Shown: piece by piece, positions 11,785 through 24,270 of the stretch
Layout: each line of letters starts with the position of its first letter
Numbering within the stretch: the first letter of the stretch is position 1
Origin: Epiperipatus broadwayi
Lineage: Eukaryota; Animalia; Onychophora
DNA: 64,000 bases
Direction of reading: 5' to 3'
Assembly (NCBI GenBank): GCA_028023455.1
Contig: JAQFVV010000008.1
Coordinates: forward strand, 17,670,001-17,734,000
Position numbers and translations under genes: made by a program
Notes under the pieces: model-generated
What the model was told of the DNA's origin: nothing
The model's input: the letters and a program-made list of their open reading frames with translations, nothing else
Database searches by the model: none

Positions 11785-14100
11785 CTATAAATACACACAT
11801 ACTTTCTTACTACCCAACACTGCTGGACTCGGGGATATTTGCGATGGGCATTGGGAGCTAAGAAAAAACTTGACACCCCAACCTCCCTCATTGTCAGTGG
11901 TAACTGTGTCACAGGTCATTACATGATTGAACACATTGGTCTTCACTTCAAAAACCGACTTCAAAATAACTTTCCAAAGACCATCAGTGAATGGCTGGAT
12001 CACCCATATTCTATAAACCATGGAATAACAGCAGCTGATTTTAAAAACCGTCTATCAGCACTTTCTAACAGTGTTCATCCCGGGATGCATGCTATACCAA
12101 GGTTTTTGGTAACTTTGCTATCCCAATCATGATGAACATGATCAATCATCTATCCACTAAAAGAAGGGAAATAAATAACCTCTACCCAATTGCCTTAGTG
12201 CCATTCATCAAGAAGAACAAAGATCCAACCAACATCCATAACATAAGGCCTATCTCCATGACACCAATTTTAATCAAAGTTATCGAAGGTGTAATTAAAG
12301 AGAAAATCCAGCAAAATTTTTTAGACAATATTGTTCAGTCACAATATGCAAGAAAAGGATCTTCAGCCCTGACAGCAATGGGTGAAGTCAAGATTCTCCT
12401 TGATCACATTAGATCTAATCGCTTATCAAAACCCATTGCAGTCCAGTTAGACATAACAGAGGCTTTTGACTCTATCAATATTCACACACTTCTTACTCTT
12501 CTAAAAGATCTCAATATTCCCTCTCACATTATACAGATTCTGGAGAATCTTCTCTACAATAGGCTAATTCACACAGATGGATTCTCCCCCGACCTGTCTA
12601 TTCCTCAAGGATCTCCTTTAAGTGCTATCCTTTTTATATGCTATCTCAAACCTTTGTTGAGAGATATAGAAATCTCATTGACTGGAGTATTCATTCCTCG
12701 CATCAAAAAATCCTTCAAGTTGTTTGCATATATGGATAATGTCTTCGTAATACTACCATCTCAAAAACATCTCCCAGCACTCTACAAAATTTTGGATAAA
12801 TTTTCCCTTAATTCACAACTCAAATTTAACTCCAACAAATCTTCATCTGTCTCATCTAGATTTCTAGCTGAGCCCCAGGACTTTCTTGGCTTCCCTATCT
12901 CCATGTCTCAAACAGCCATGTCAAAAAAACTACAGAACTCCTTAATCAATTCCACATCTCAGATTATACAGTCCCTTTCCAGGGTGTATCTCTCCATACA
13001 GGGAAAAGTAGCGCTACTGAACATGAAAGTCATGTCTAAGATAGCATACTTCCTTCCTATCATGACAGCAACAAAAGCCTTTACCAAAAAAATCAATAGT
13101 CTTTATGTGCTAAACTTTTTTGGAAAAACAGTACAATGTCTATAAGCATCTCAAGGATGCAATACCATCGCAAATCTAATGGGATGTCCTTTCACTCCAT
13201 CCCCTCAATTATCTTTCAAAAATCTCACACATTGATTCATAACCTCTTACAAAAACACGATTCCTTTAATGTATCAGAGACCGTTCAACCGACGGACAGA
13301 TCTCATCCTCAAAAATGCTGGTTAGACCAGGTTCTCCAGCTTCTCAATCAATTTACATCTACTTTACAAAATCCATATAATACAAAAATCACCATCTGAG
13401 AAGCCCACCTTAGAATCAACCCTGAAATCAACTCAATTTTGCCAATGCTTGGCATCACTAATCATAGAATTACTTCGATATTCAAGTTCTTAGCTTTAGA
13501 GCCTAAATTTTTAAACTACCTAGTAAAAGTAAATCTGGGAGCCATGCATACCAACTGGTTCCTCCACCACAAGAGGTTTCTTAACAACATTGACCCTACC
13601 TGCCCAATCTGCAAGAGGTATGATGATACATTTGACCAAATAATTCGCTCATGTACCGGACTTGGAAGTATCAAACTTTTAATTTTCCAAAATTCAAAAA
13701 TTGATATTAACAGAATCCTCTCGCTAAAAGAATCTCTACAAAGTAAACAGTTTCCAATTATAAGAAAGTCAATATTTCTCACCCACTCTATCTAGAATGT
13801 AAGATGCAAATTAGTATTCACAACTCCTCCACCAGATCCAGACAGTCTATTCATTTCTTTTTTAAACAAAATCAAGCATAAAGACATGACCCTTTCCTCC
13901 AAATTTCTATTTGAAGAAATCTGGAATCTATCCCAAATTCCAAAGCCCAATACATTTCCAGATAGCTGATGACAACAATCTATAAACCACAGGATTTATT
14001 CCATACCCTGGATTAATATCTCCATAAATCATCCACTGTCAACCCAGTAGTGACATTATAGACTCCTGTTTAGTCAATGTACTGTAAAAAGTTAATGTAT
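11785..14100 (+). mobile_element. 5'-truncated non-LTR retrotransposon, L1/Tx1-like ORF2 (RT plus C-terminal zinc knuckle), frameshifted
   Basis: ORFs 11839-12132, 12129-13145, 13136-13399 and 13439-13795 carry NIRPISMTPILIK, LDITEAFDSI, IPQGSPLSAILF, FAYMDNV (YADD position), LSIQGKVALLN (L1/Tx1 LSxxGRxxLxN motif) and CPICKRYDDTFDQIIRSC. The 3' limit is approximate. Confidence 0.9.
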
Positions 14101-15764
14101 TAAAAAACCAATATTCTCCCTAAATAAAATTCTTTTAAAACTAAATACACACATAAACTATAAGATATATAAATACTATTTCTATATTAAATAGACAATC
14201 ACCGTCTTAACAAATGATATATTTTATACTCAAGCGGTTATTATCTAATATTTGTTTAAGTTTTTAGCAACATATGAATGATTACAAATATTTGGGGCGG
14301 AGGGTGGAAGGTGTCATTATAAAACTATAAATAGTTGACTTCTTGAATATTTAAATATTCACTTAAAACCAGGACTGCCAGATTAATTTATTTAATCAGT
14401 GATATTGAATAGATAAAATTAATATTTTTAAATAAAAGTTTAGTGTTACAAACATAACAATGAATATATCTTATATATATAAATATATTAATTTCATTTT
14501 GTGCTGTAGTTCAAATTCTATCTGTAACTAAGAATTAAAATATAGAAATGAAAAACATATGCTGACATCAAGATTAAGATTTTTTGAGATGTGATATATA
14601 TTTTATATGTATAATTATAAACTATATATATAAAATAGTACCATCTTTTATATATTTACACACATATAATTTATGATTATTTATAATAAAAAAACATAAT
14701 AGGTTTTTAGAGTTGAAGATGCATTTATAATTTATATATTGATATACTGTGTATGCATATTTTTAATTTAAATTAAATATACAATATATCCTTATTTGTT
14801 GAATTGTCAAATTATTGATTTTATTATATTTAAACATGACTATATTTTTAATGTTTTTTTTTTAAATTTTATTTTGAAAAAATAGAAAATGATTTTTTTC
14901 TTATTTAAAATTAATTACTTGTAACATAATTAGTAACATGAAAACTATTTTTAAATAATCAATAAATTTAAACAAAAAATTGATTTGTACATTTAATATT
15001 GACATGTAAACTATTTGATTCATATAGATAAACTTTATAACTTATTAGTTAATTCAAGCATTAAATAATTTCATGATAGATTTTTTTTATGAACGCCAAT
15101 TATTTCCCAGATGAAATATAGAAGTTTGAATCCAGGACAGGTGCATAATAATTCATTTTTATCAGTTCGAATCCAAAATTGACTTTCTTTAGAATGATGA
15201 GCAATTAAATGCTCTTAATCACTGATCTGCTTTCATTTCAGCCATTCATTGTGATCTACAATTACAAAGCAAAGAAAAAAAATTTCCACATTTTTATCTT
15301 TAAATATTGATGTCTCCCATGTTTAATTATAAATTTTACCATAAAGCAATAAAAGTTGAAATTCCGCTTTTTTTTTTTTTGATGGATTGGATAAAATTTT
15401 GTTTTCATCAAGAATGGAAAAGTTTTTGCTGCCCATTCTTCATTTGCAAAATAGATAAAGATTGATTTTCAAGAAAGTTGGAAATATTATTTTTATGATG
15501 AGCAAACTAACCATTTCTGTATAATTTCATTATGTAATTTGATAAATCATTTAATTTGCTACAGCAGATCATATTCATCTGGAGAATGAGGGTTGTTTTA
15601 AAAAATATGCACTAATTTTATTAGTACATTTGTAATATATGAAGTTTTAAGTTTAGGTATTGAACAAAAACTAGGTCTTGTACAAGAAAATATAATGTCT
15701 AATATAGAAATTAATAAAAGAATTCTATGAATGATAAAATTTATTTAACCCAATATATGTATAT

Positions 15765-17936
15765 TATAACGATCCGGAAGAATAGGAGACTTCACGTATC
15801 TGCACTACAGGGCGCCACTAGGCATTTGAACCTAGAAAATTTATATAGTAGGCAGATACGTAAGTTAAAAAAAATATATATATTTTTTGTATTTTATATT
15901 GGTTGATTCGGACCATTAGCCCATTGTCACTAGCTCAGTGGAACAGCAGAGATTTATATTTTATAAATTCTTATCTAAGAATAATTTTTAAAAAAGAATA
16001 AAGCAAGCCACTGCCAGTAATTAACACACAAACATTTATTTACGCACATATATATAAAATTTAGTATTATTATTTTAGTATGTTTACTTTAGCACTTAAC
16101 TACATTTTTAACTTTTATTTTAGATTTTAATTTACATTTTAATTTTTATAAGTTCGCACAGATGGATTTATAAAAGTTTGTTTTATAAATGTTGAGTATA
16201 GATCGGTTACATAGATTACACGATTAAAAACATTTCAAAATAAAACATAAACGATCAAAATATAAAGTCATTGATGGCATTTCAGAGGGAAATATATATG
16301 AAACCCAATGGCATTCATCATAAGATGCCGAAATTGACACCAATAACTTAAAAGACATACGAATAAATACATTTTAGATACTCACCGTAAGGTATCATTA
16401 TTTACCGAATGTCTATATATTTTGATCAAATATGAAAACCAAAAACATAATTAACCGATAACGAATCCATACAAGCGTCTATACCCAACTTAAATTTAAT
16501 GCATTTAGAGTGTCGAGTATGAATAGACTCACAGATTGCATTTGAAAATAAAATATTTTATCCCTTATTTAACCTTAGGCCAAAAGCTCGCAGTTAAACT
16601 GTCAATCCATCTGATATATCAATGTATTCAATGTAATACGAATACGACAACATGAAATACCATACTGTCAGGAATGTACATCTGAGCAGAGGGTTAAGAG
16701 AAGAAATTGACTCTCGTCCAGATAGGAATACTACATCTATCTGACGAGAAGAACAATAAAAAAAAAACTCCATAGGAAAGGACTGTGGTCATTTTTGCCG
16801 ACTTACGATCGCATTCCAAGGCAAAAGGGGTTGTACGGCATATAATTTGATTCTGCACGTAGCGAACCTCGTACTACATCTACTAATTACACCAATATAT
16901 CCAATCCATTGACCCAATTCAACTATGAAATGAATAACCTAAGATTACCCTCCCCTGGTAAAACTTTACAAATCTATATAGCCATTCACGCCCGGTTTAA
17001 CATTTATATAATATTAATTTAACGAAAAACAAAAATCATAATAAAAACTTAAAAGAACAAAAAAAATAAATAAATGGAAATGATTTTACAAAAGAAATAC
17101 ACCAAATAAAATTACTTATTAATAAATTAAGTTGGTCAGATAGGATTCTATTTCAATTATTTTAAAATACGGAACAAGTTTTAGAATTAAAGTTCTTATT
17201 GTTTAGTATACTGGAGTTTTAGAAATAGATGTAAAGCTTAGAGTTCATAAAGTTCTTACGATTTTTAAAACGTTCCTTTTTATCCGTTGCTTGCTGTTTG
17301 GATGCCAGCGTTAATTCCCCCGATGTCCTGTGGTCCTCAATATAGGAAAAACGATGTCATTTCTTTCCTTTTAACAAAACTGAAGGGATTGAAGAGTGCG
17401 TCTTTTCAATCCCTTCTCCACATCTCTTCAATTTTCTTCACTCACTACCTCATTTATTTCCAAACTTTTTCTTTTATATGTAACTTTCAGATCCAATTGA
17501 CATTACGTCATCGATGATGATGATCCTTCCATTGAGGTCTGATTTCCCGATGGATTTTTTTCATTGGCCATTAGTTTCTATTGTTTTCCTATCTGACCGT
17601 TACTTATACATTTAAATGCCCAAGTGCTAGTTCACTTGGACTAATTAACATAATCATTTCCATTTTTTCAATAACATTAATTAATTTGTTTTGTACAAAC
17701 TTAAATATATTTTTATCTTTAAATCTTTACTGACAATTTAGTTTTAAAATACTTTTTCTTTTTTTTAATAAAGTTTTTTTTTTTAATTTCTCATCTGTGT
17801 GATTTTATATATATATGTTTTAGTATAGAATTTTAATTTTCAATTTTTAATTCTTAAAAAAGTTTTATTTGCGAACTTTTATTTTTTCATGTTTAATAAT
17901 AAAAAAAATAATGTAACGTCGTATGTGCTCGTTACA
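15765..17936 (-). mobile_element. Solo-LTR-like element, copy 2 (~2.17 kb)
   Basis: Termini TATAACGA (15765) and TCGTTACA (17936), flanked by ATAT (15761-15764, 17937-17940). Homologous to 96-2191. Minus-strand CCAAT (17563-17567), TGACGTAA (17503-17510) and TATAAAA (17472-17478). Confidence 0.7.
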
Positions 17937-17989
17937 ATATATTACAAAATTAGTCCCAAAGACTTGGCACACATACTGTAATAAGATAT

Positions 17990-20780
17990 ATTTGAAAGTG
18001 TCAAATAATAAAAATGTTCATTTATATAATCCTAGCCTATAAACTTTTAAATGCTATAACTTTAGAAACATCTCCAAGTTTAATTGTTCTCTATATAACT
18101 TCTGCTTAACTTTTTTATTTACCCATCTCATATGTAATCTTTTTCTGTGTTTTATAATCACTTTGGATTTAATTTAGAACTTGAAATGTCTGTTACCATT
18201 TTTTCTAGCACCTTGTTGAAGGCAACTATATTTCAATCTCAATTCTTTTTATTGATGTCAAATAATATCTGTTTGTTTTCTCATTAATGTGTTTGCTTTT
18301 AATCTCTTACTAATCCCAATATAAAACTTTCCATAATAGTCTTTGTACCCTTTTCTGTTAGTTCAAGCCTATATTCATAAATAAGCACTGATAGACTATA
18401 CTTATTAAAAAAAATTTTTTGGCCCTCAAGCATACACTATAGGTTAGGATTTAATTCATATTCATATTATATATATATTTAATAGCTCAATCAAAATCAT
18501 ATTCCACAGTTTTCTACAATTTTGCTTTATCAAAAGTTTTTTTTAAATCTTTCACTTCTCCCTACTTTTCCCTCCTCCATTTTATAAACCCAATAATTGT
18601 GTTTTTATTTTTCAAGTATCTCATTACCACCTTTGTTAACTATATCTTCACAGTCTTATATGTTTAATGCGCAACTATTAATCATTTCATCTTCTTTGCA
18701 GAATCTCTAAATTCACATTCTTCATTCGCACTATCAGTTTAGTTTAATCCAGTATTTATTACAATATATATCTAATATCTTGCCAATTTTTTATCACTTC
18801 TTGTATTAAAATGTAAGACTTTTTTTTTTTAAAGAAATCACTCCCATATGTGATTGAAAATAATTATGGAGTTTTGAACATTATCTTTAAAATAATTAAC
18901 ATAATTAAACCGAGTACAGAAACTCACTCTATTCACTTAATGCCTTATGTCTGTTGTCATATTTTTTTGTACTCTTTTCTGAATTTTTCTGCATAATATT
19001 TATACTATGCAATACTACTTGATCATTATTAACACTTTCGAGATACTTATTCAATTCATTAATACTCTTTCCAAATTGATATGATATAAATGAAAGCAGA
19101 AATTTCTTTCATAAACCTATATATACCCAAGTGCTCTATTATATGTGACATGACATAAAATTTTTTCTTAAATAAAGCAAAGTTTCAAAATATAGGCTAT
19201 ATGCTCAGAACCCTGTTAGCCAAGATAACATTCTAGATCCATTGTTCAGTAAAATAAATTCATCATCTTATTTTTTATTATTCAATTATTTTCTCGCTGT
19301 TTTTTTATCTCCTTTTTTCATTTTAATAAAAATTGTTTCATTTTATTATCTTATTCTCATATTCCCTAATTTCATTATGAATATCTAAATAAAAAAATCA
19401 TAATATCTTTATCTCTTTCATTCTCTTTAAAACTTTAAATTTCTTCTACTTTCTTTACAATTTATCTGAAATCTTCTTTCAACACCCTAAAAGTCCAAAA
19501 ATATGTATTTAATTCTCTCATTTTTACATAAACTACATCTTACAAACCAAGTACTTTATTTATTTTTGCCTTTCCCCTCCTGTTATTATAAAACTCATTT
19601 CTTGCATCAAATAACAAGCTTCCTCTGTTATCATACATTCTTTCATATTTTATATAATTTTTTATTCTTATTAAAAACCAAACTATTTATTTAATTCATA
19701 TTTGTTTGCTAAAGTTCTAGTTCCTTTTTTCTAACCAACTTAATCTATCCCTCATAATTATGTACTAGCAATTTCTGTTTTACCTATTGACTTTTTTATA
19801 TTGTAAAGTTGTATTTGCCTGACATGTTTGTTGTTCTTTCACATAATCTATTTAATACTATTTTTACTAATCTATTTTTATTGAAGTATTGTAACTTTCT
19901 AAATCTTTTAATTTCCCTCATTTTAATTTCATCCCATTTCATCTTGAACCTCCTTTGCTATTCACAATTCACCCCACAATTGTATCTTTCCAAAAATTTC
20001 TGAATTTTCTTCCTCATTTTCAAATGTTAAAGCAGGCATCATTATTCCTTTCCAAATAATTTTATATATTACATATTTATTAACTATTCACAGAGCAATT
20101 AAGTCCAAATACATTACTGTAATTATTCACAAATCAAATTGAAAGAATTATTTTTTAATAAATTTGCAAACAATGTTCCCAAAGAATCATTCCTTGGGAA
20201 TATGACTTGTGAATTATTATAGTAATATATTTAAGTTTAATTGCTTTATGAACAAATTTATATTCTTACATGTTTAATAGTCATATAATTATTAGAATTC
20301 TCATATTTATTATAGAGAAATGTGCCAGATTTTTAATCAGTTCCTTCTATTTTTTGCTTTTCTTTTCAATTCTCTTAATTATCTATCAATATTTTTTTCA
20401 TTTAATTAAATATCTATCCTCCATTTTTTCAAAACAAATATCTGTCATTTTCTGTCTTTTAACCTTCTTATTAAATCCTTGGATCTTAGATTTTTTTTTT
20501 CTGTTGGATTTAATTTTCATACTTTTTAACTCTCCGCACTTTTTTAATAACAATTCTATATTTTCTATATTGTTTGCAAAAAATGCCATATTCACACAAA
20601 AAACAATAACTACCATATTATGTATTTTGGTTCCAATTATAGGACTTCCTAGTCCTAATATTTCTATCTCTACTTTGAATTCTATTAGTAACAATAAAAA
20701 TGATAATAGATATCTGTGTTTCTATCCATTTTCTCATTTAACTTATATTCTATATTTTGCAATTAGTAGTTATAAAAATT
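17990..20780 (-). mobile_element. Heavily degraded non-LTR retrotransposon (ORF1-like region plus AP-endonuclease region)
   Basis: The minus strand is purine-rich and coding-like. Endonuclease-like remnants at about 19260-18500 (LGI(Y)..., DIVNKGGNEIL..., (N)GxxxGKVGE). Lys/Glu-rich ORF 20398-20694 lies upstream. Many stops. Confidence 0.45.
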
Positions 20781-20782
20781 AT

Positions 20783-21020
20783 TGTTAATAAAATTAAAGA
20801 CTGATACTAATAATTGCTTCATATATGGATAAACATGGAAAACCTTAAATACAACCTCAAGTGCTGTTTTAGTGCTGAGCATCCTTGTTAAAAATAACAT
20901 ATATTGAATGTAACAATCGTTATTTGGTAAGGATGCTCAGCACTGAAAATGCATTAAGGTTGTATTAAATATTTTGTCCATGTACAAAGTGACATTAGTA
21001 TTGGCTTTAATTTTATTACA
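20783..21020. mobile_element. Foldback/MITE-like palindromic element (~238 bp)
   Basis: Arms TAATAAAATTAAAG...ATACAACCT...AGTGCTGAGCATCCTT...AATAAC and GTTATT...AAGGATGCTCAGCACT...AGGTTGTATT...CTTTAATTTTATTA are reverse complements over about 100 bp. Confidence 0.8.
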
Positions 21021-21029
21021 CATCAGTGG

Positions 21030-21470
21030 CAGTTATCATAGGTTTTTTATGACAATTATTTCCATAAAGATTTAATCATTTTTATTAATCCTAAATTTAT
21101 TCCTATATTTTCAAGACATTTCTGTCCACCTTTTTATAAATCTTTTCTACATCTAAAAATACAATATATAATGCTTTATTTTCCTTGTAAGATATTTCAG
21201 TCATTTGCCATCTAATAAATAAGTTATCGTCTAAACCGTCTCTTTATATTAAATCCATTTCAAATGTCCACCAGAGTTTCATTTATCCATCCATGTCTCA
21301 ACATTATAAATTATAAAAAAATATTGATAATGGTTCATATCAAACTAGCAACATAAAACCTTTTCTGCTTATGTAATAATCTAATACTCACACTTTTCAT
21401 TGATATGGAATCTTATTATCAACCATAATTTTATCAAAGCTCTGTTAAATCAAGCCTTGCACATTTTCAC
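21030..21470 (-). mobile_element. LINE reverse-transcriptase relic
   Basis: Minus strand gives GF..RR.LDDNLFIRWQMTEISYKENKALYIVFLDVEK, matching the QxGF...R...DNxF...K.LYxxFLDxEKA region of LINE RTs. Confidence 0.65.
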
Positions 21471-21489
21471 ATACCTACTATCACCTACT

Positions 21490-21870
21490 ATTTTGATGTG
21501 ATGTGATGCACCGTGACTTCTCCTTAAACGGAGTTGGGAATCTCTTAGCAACTATGTCCGGAGAAACCTGTTAGTCACTTTATCTTTCATTCCCCACTCT
21601 AAATTTTCCCATATTTTGCTCCATCCCATTTCCACAACATAATCTTTGCCAACTCTATAGCCTTTATATCTAAACCCCCCTTATCTTTTCCCAAACCCAG
21701 TGTAAAAACCAATAATCCACTTTCTGTATAATCACTTTTTTCATATTTATTTTTCCATAACTTCATTATTTGTACCCTTTCTGTTTTCAAGCATTTACAT
21801 TCAATAAACAAATGCCTAATATTTTCTATTCCTTCCTTACACAATTTACAGACTAAATCACCCATATTTT
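21490..21870 (-). mobile_element. 3' end of a non-LTR retrotransposon: zinc knuckle, short 3' UTR and (CACAT)n tail
   Basis: ORF 21599-21865 has VCKLCKEGIENIRHLFIEC (CxxC...HxxxxC). Downstream, the minus strand ends GGTGCATCACATCACATCA at about 21513-21495. Confidence 0.7.
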
Positions 21871-24059
21871 TATTGTATTAGAAATATCTGCTACCTAGTG
21901 GAATAATTGGACTTTAAAATTGCTATATAAAATTTGATATTTATATCTCATAGTACTTAGTGATCTATAAGAAATTTACTCATAAAATGCAATAAGTTGT
22001 TCTTGGAGTAATTGTTTAATTTAGTTTATTTGTTATAAAGTATGTTTATTCACGTTTTCCCAATTTATAACCGTTTTTTCCTTCACAATACATAAAATGC
22101 AATTTGTTAAAATTCTTTAAGAACTATGTATATGTTGTATGACTAATAGATATTTGAAATATTTCTATAATTAAAATTAGTTCTAAAAATGTTTTATCAT
22201 ATTTAATGATTGTAAGAATTATTAAACTGAAATTTGATCATTTTGTTGTATTACAACTGCCATTCCACTCAAAAAAATTTTAAAACAGTTAAATTGCAAT
22301 TTATTAACTTTATAAAAATACTATGCTTACGGTAATTATTCCATAATATTCTGATTATTTTATACTCGTTTATAAAAAATATATATATCTGTGTAAAGAC
22401 ATTTTTAAGAATATAAATATATCATTTTTAAAAAATGAATAAATTATAAAGGAATAGATTTAAGATTGTTAAAAATGATTGTCTTTACAAAGATAATTTT
22501 TATAAGTACAGATTGGGGGGGGAGGGTATAGAATTATTATAAGTTAAATATAAAAATGGATTGATCTAAGATATATCTTAGGTAGTGAAACTATATCTTG
22601 AGTTAATGGAGAATCTGATCTACATTTTCTGTGAAGCAGTATGTCTTTGGGCATCTGGTGGAGGAATATATAAAAAGGAGATGAAACAATTGCAAGGATG
22701 TGGACTGGAATATGCCAATAACATTTTATATGACAATAGAATGTAGTATATTAAAAAAGGAAATTGTAAAGTATTTGCATCATTACCCAGTAGTATCAGA
22801 AAGCTTTCCATAAGAGGATTTTTTTAGCAATTATTTTTAATATAATCTTTAAAAATGAAGAAAATAGGCTTTAGTTTGAAAGTTACTCCTAAATAGTATG
22901 TGTAGAATTGTATTTCAGAGTCAACATTCAGTTTCTATGAGATTTCTCTATTCTTAAAGTAAAACATTGAGCATACAATACTGTTTGTATGAGATTAGGA
23001 TTAAGATCCAGATATGAATTTCAAACTTTTTTTTTCTTATTGTGACTTTCATAAAGGATCTTTTTTATAAAGTCAAAGCAATACCAGTTAGGTGAAAGAA
23101 CTGAACTTTGAGAGACTTTTGGATCAAATTTTGTATCTACTCTGATTATCATTTAATATCACTTGAATTTTACTATTGGTGAGCATTTTATCAAGTAAAG
23201 TAATGATTTTCCTGCTTTTAAGAATTTTAGAGACTTATGAGATTTTTTTAAAAACAAAATCTTGAACTGAGGTTAGATAAATAAAAATAGCCACCAATTT
23301 TTAATTTATTTTTGAAAGCCTATTTCATTGTGAATTGTTGATGATGAAACTTATTTACTTCAGTTTCTTTCTAACCTATATCCAGTTTTAAAGTTAAATG
23401 GCCCTCAATTGTTATTTTAATTCTTGTTAATATTATTCATTCAACTATAGGAAATATATAATAATGATATTGCAGTAATAATTTTTAAATTATTGTTAGA
23501 TTTATTTTTTAAAACTGCTACAGTTTTATTTTCATGCCAAATTTTTGGAGGAATTTCTATATTAATAATTTACTGAATAGTTTTGTCAACCATGTTCTCA
23601 CTTGAGATCCTAGAATTTTTAGAAATTCTGAAAATATATTTTTCTAGAGCTTTTCAGGTTTCATTCAATCAAGGATAAGTTTGCCAGTATTTATTGGATT
23701 TCTTATGTTAAAAGTAGAACTCTTCTTTGGAAAAGAGAAACTTGTATTTCTGCTTTATTGATGCCTTTTCTGGCTCCATCCATCTTTGATTTAAAAATCT
23801 GATTTAATCAATTGGCATTCTCATTAACAGTAATTGTGGTTTTTTTTTTTTAAGGTGCTTGTACAACCACCAGCCTACATTAAACTAACCTGGTCTTTTA
23901 ATTAGATCTTATAATGTTTTGTTTTTTCATTGCTACTTTTTTTTTCCTCCTAGTGTCACCCAGAGATGTTATAAATTTGGTCCATGGTTGCTAACAAGCA
24001 AGTAATTTTTTTTACATATTTGGAGAGCTTAGGATTCTCTGTAATCCTGGAACAGCTGT

Positions 24060-24270
24060 CCAATATAATATCATTGGAATTAATGTTATAACGGACGGAA
24101 AGATTCACCTGGATATAAAGATCAGATTCAACAATCAGCTGGTTCGATCACAATATATGACCAACTTACACAAAGTCTATATGTGATGGTACACCTATCT
24201 ATCGAGCCCCAAAGTTGATGGCGCCAGATATAACGGATGGAACTGTACATCAATAATCATGTAACGAATG
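24060..24270 (+). mobile_element. Penelope-like RT C-terminal relic
   Basis: TDGKIHLDIKIRFNNQL, then ITIY..PTYT(K)SI and PKL.A.RYN across frameshifts, matching the PLE FLDxxI...IYRKPTxT...HKLAAxRY region. Confidence 0.55.

Noticed and set aside
23954-24001. Exon-like 48-nt segment after a strong polypyrimidine acceptor
   Set aside because: Splicing it after the phase-2 GLRX3 exon keeps one frame open, but poly-T plus AG is very common here, it abuts a Penelope relic, and the peptide is unrecognisable. There is too little support to call it.
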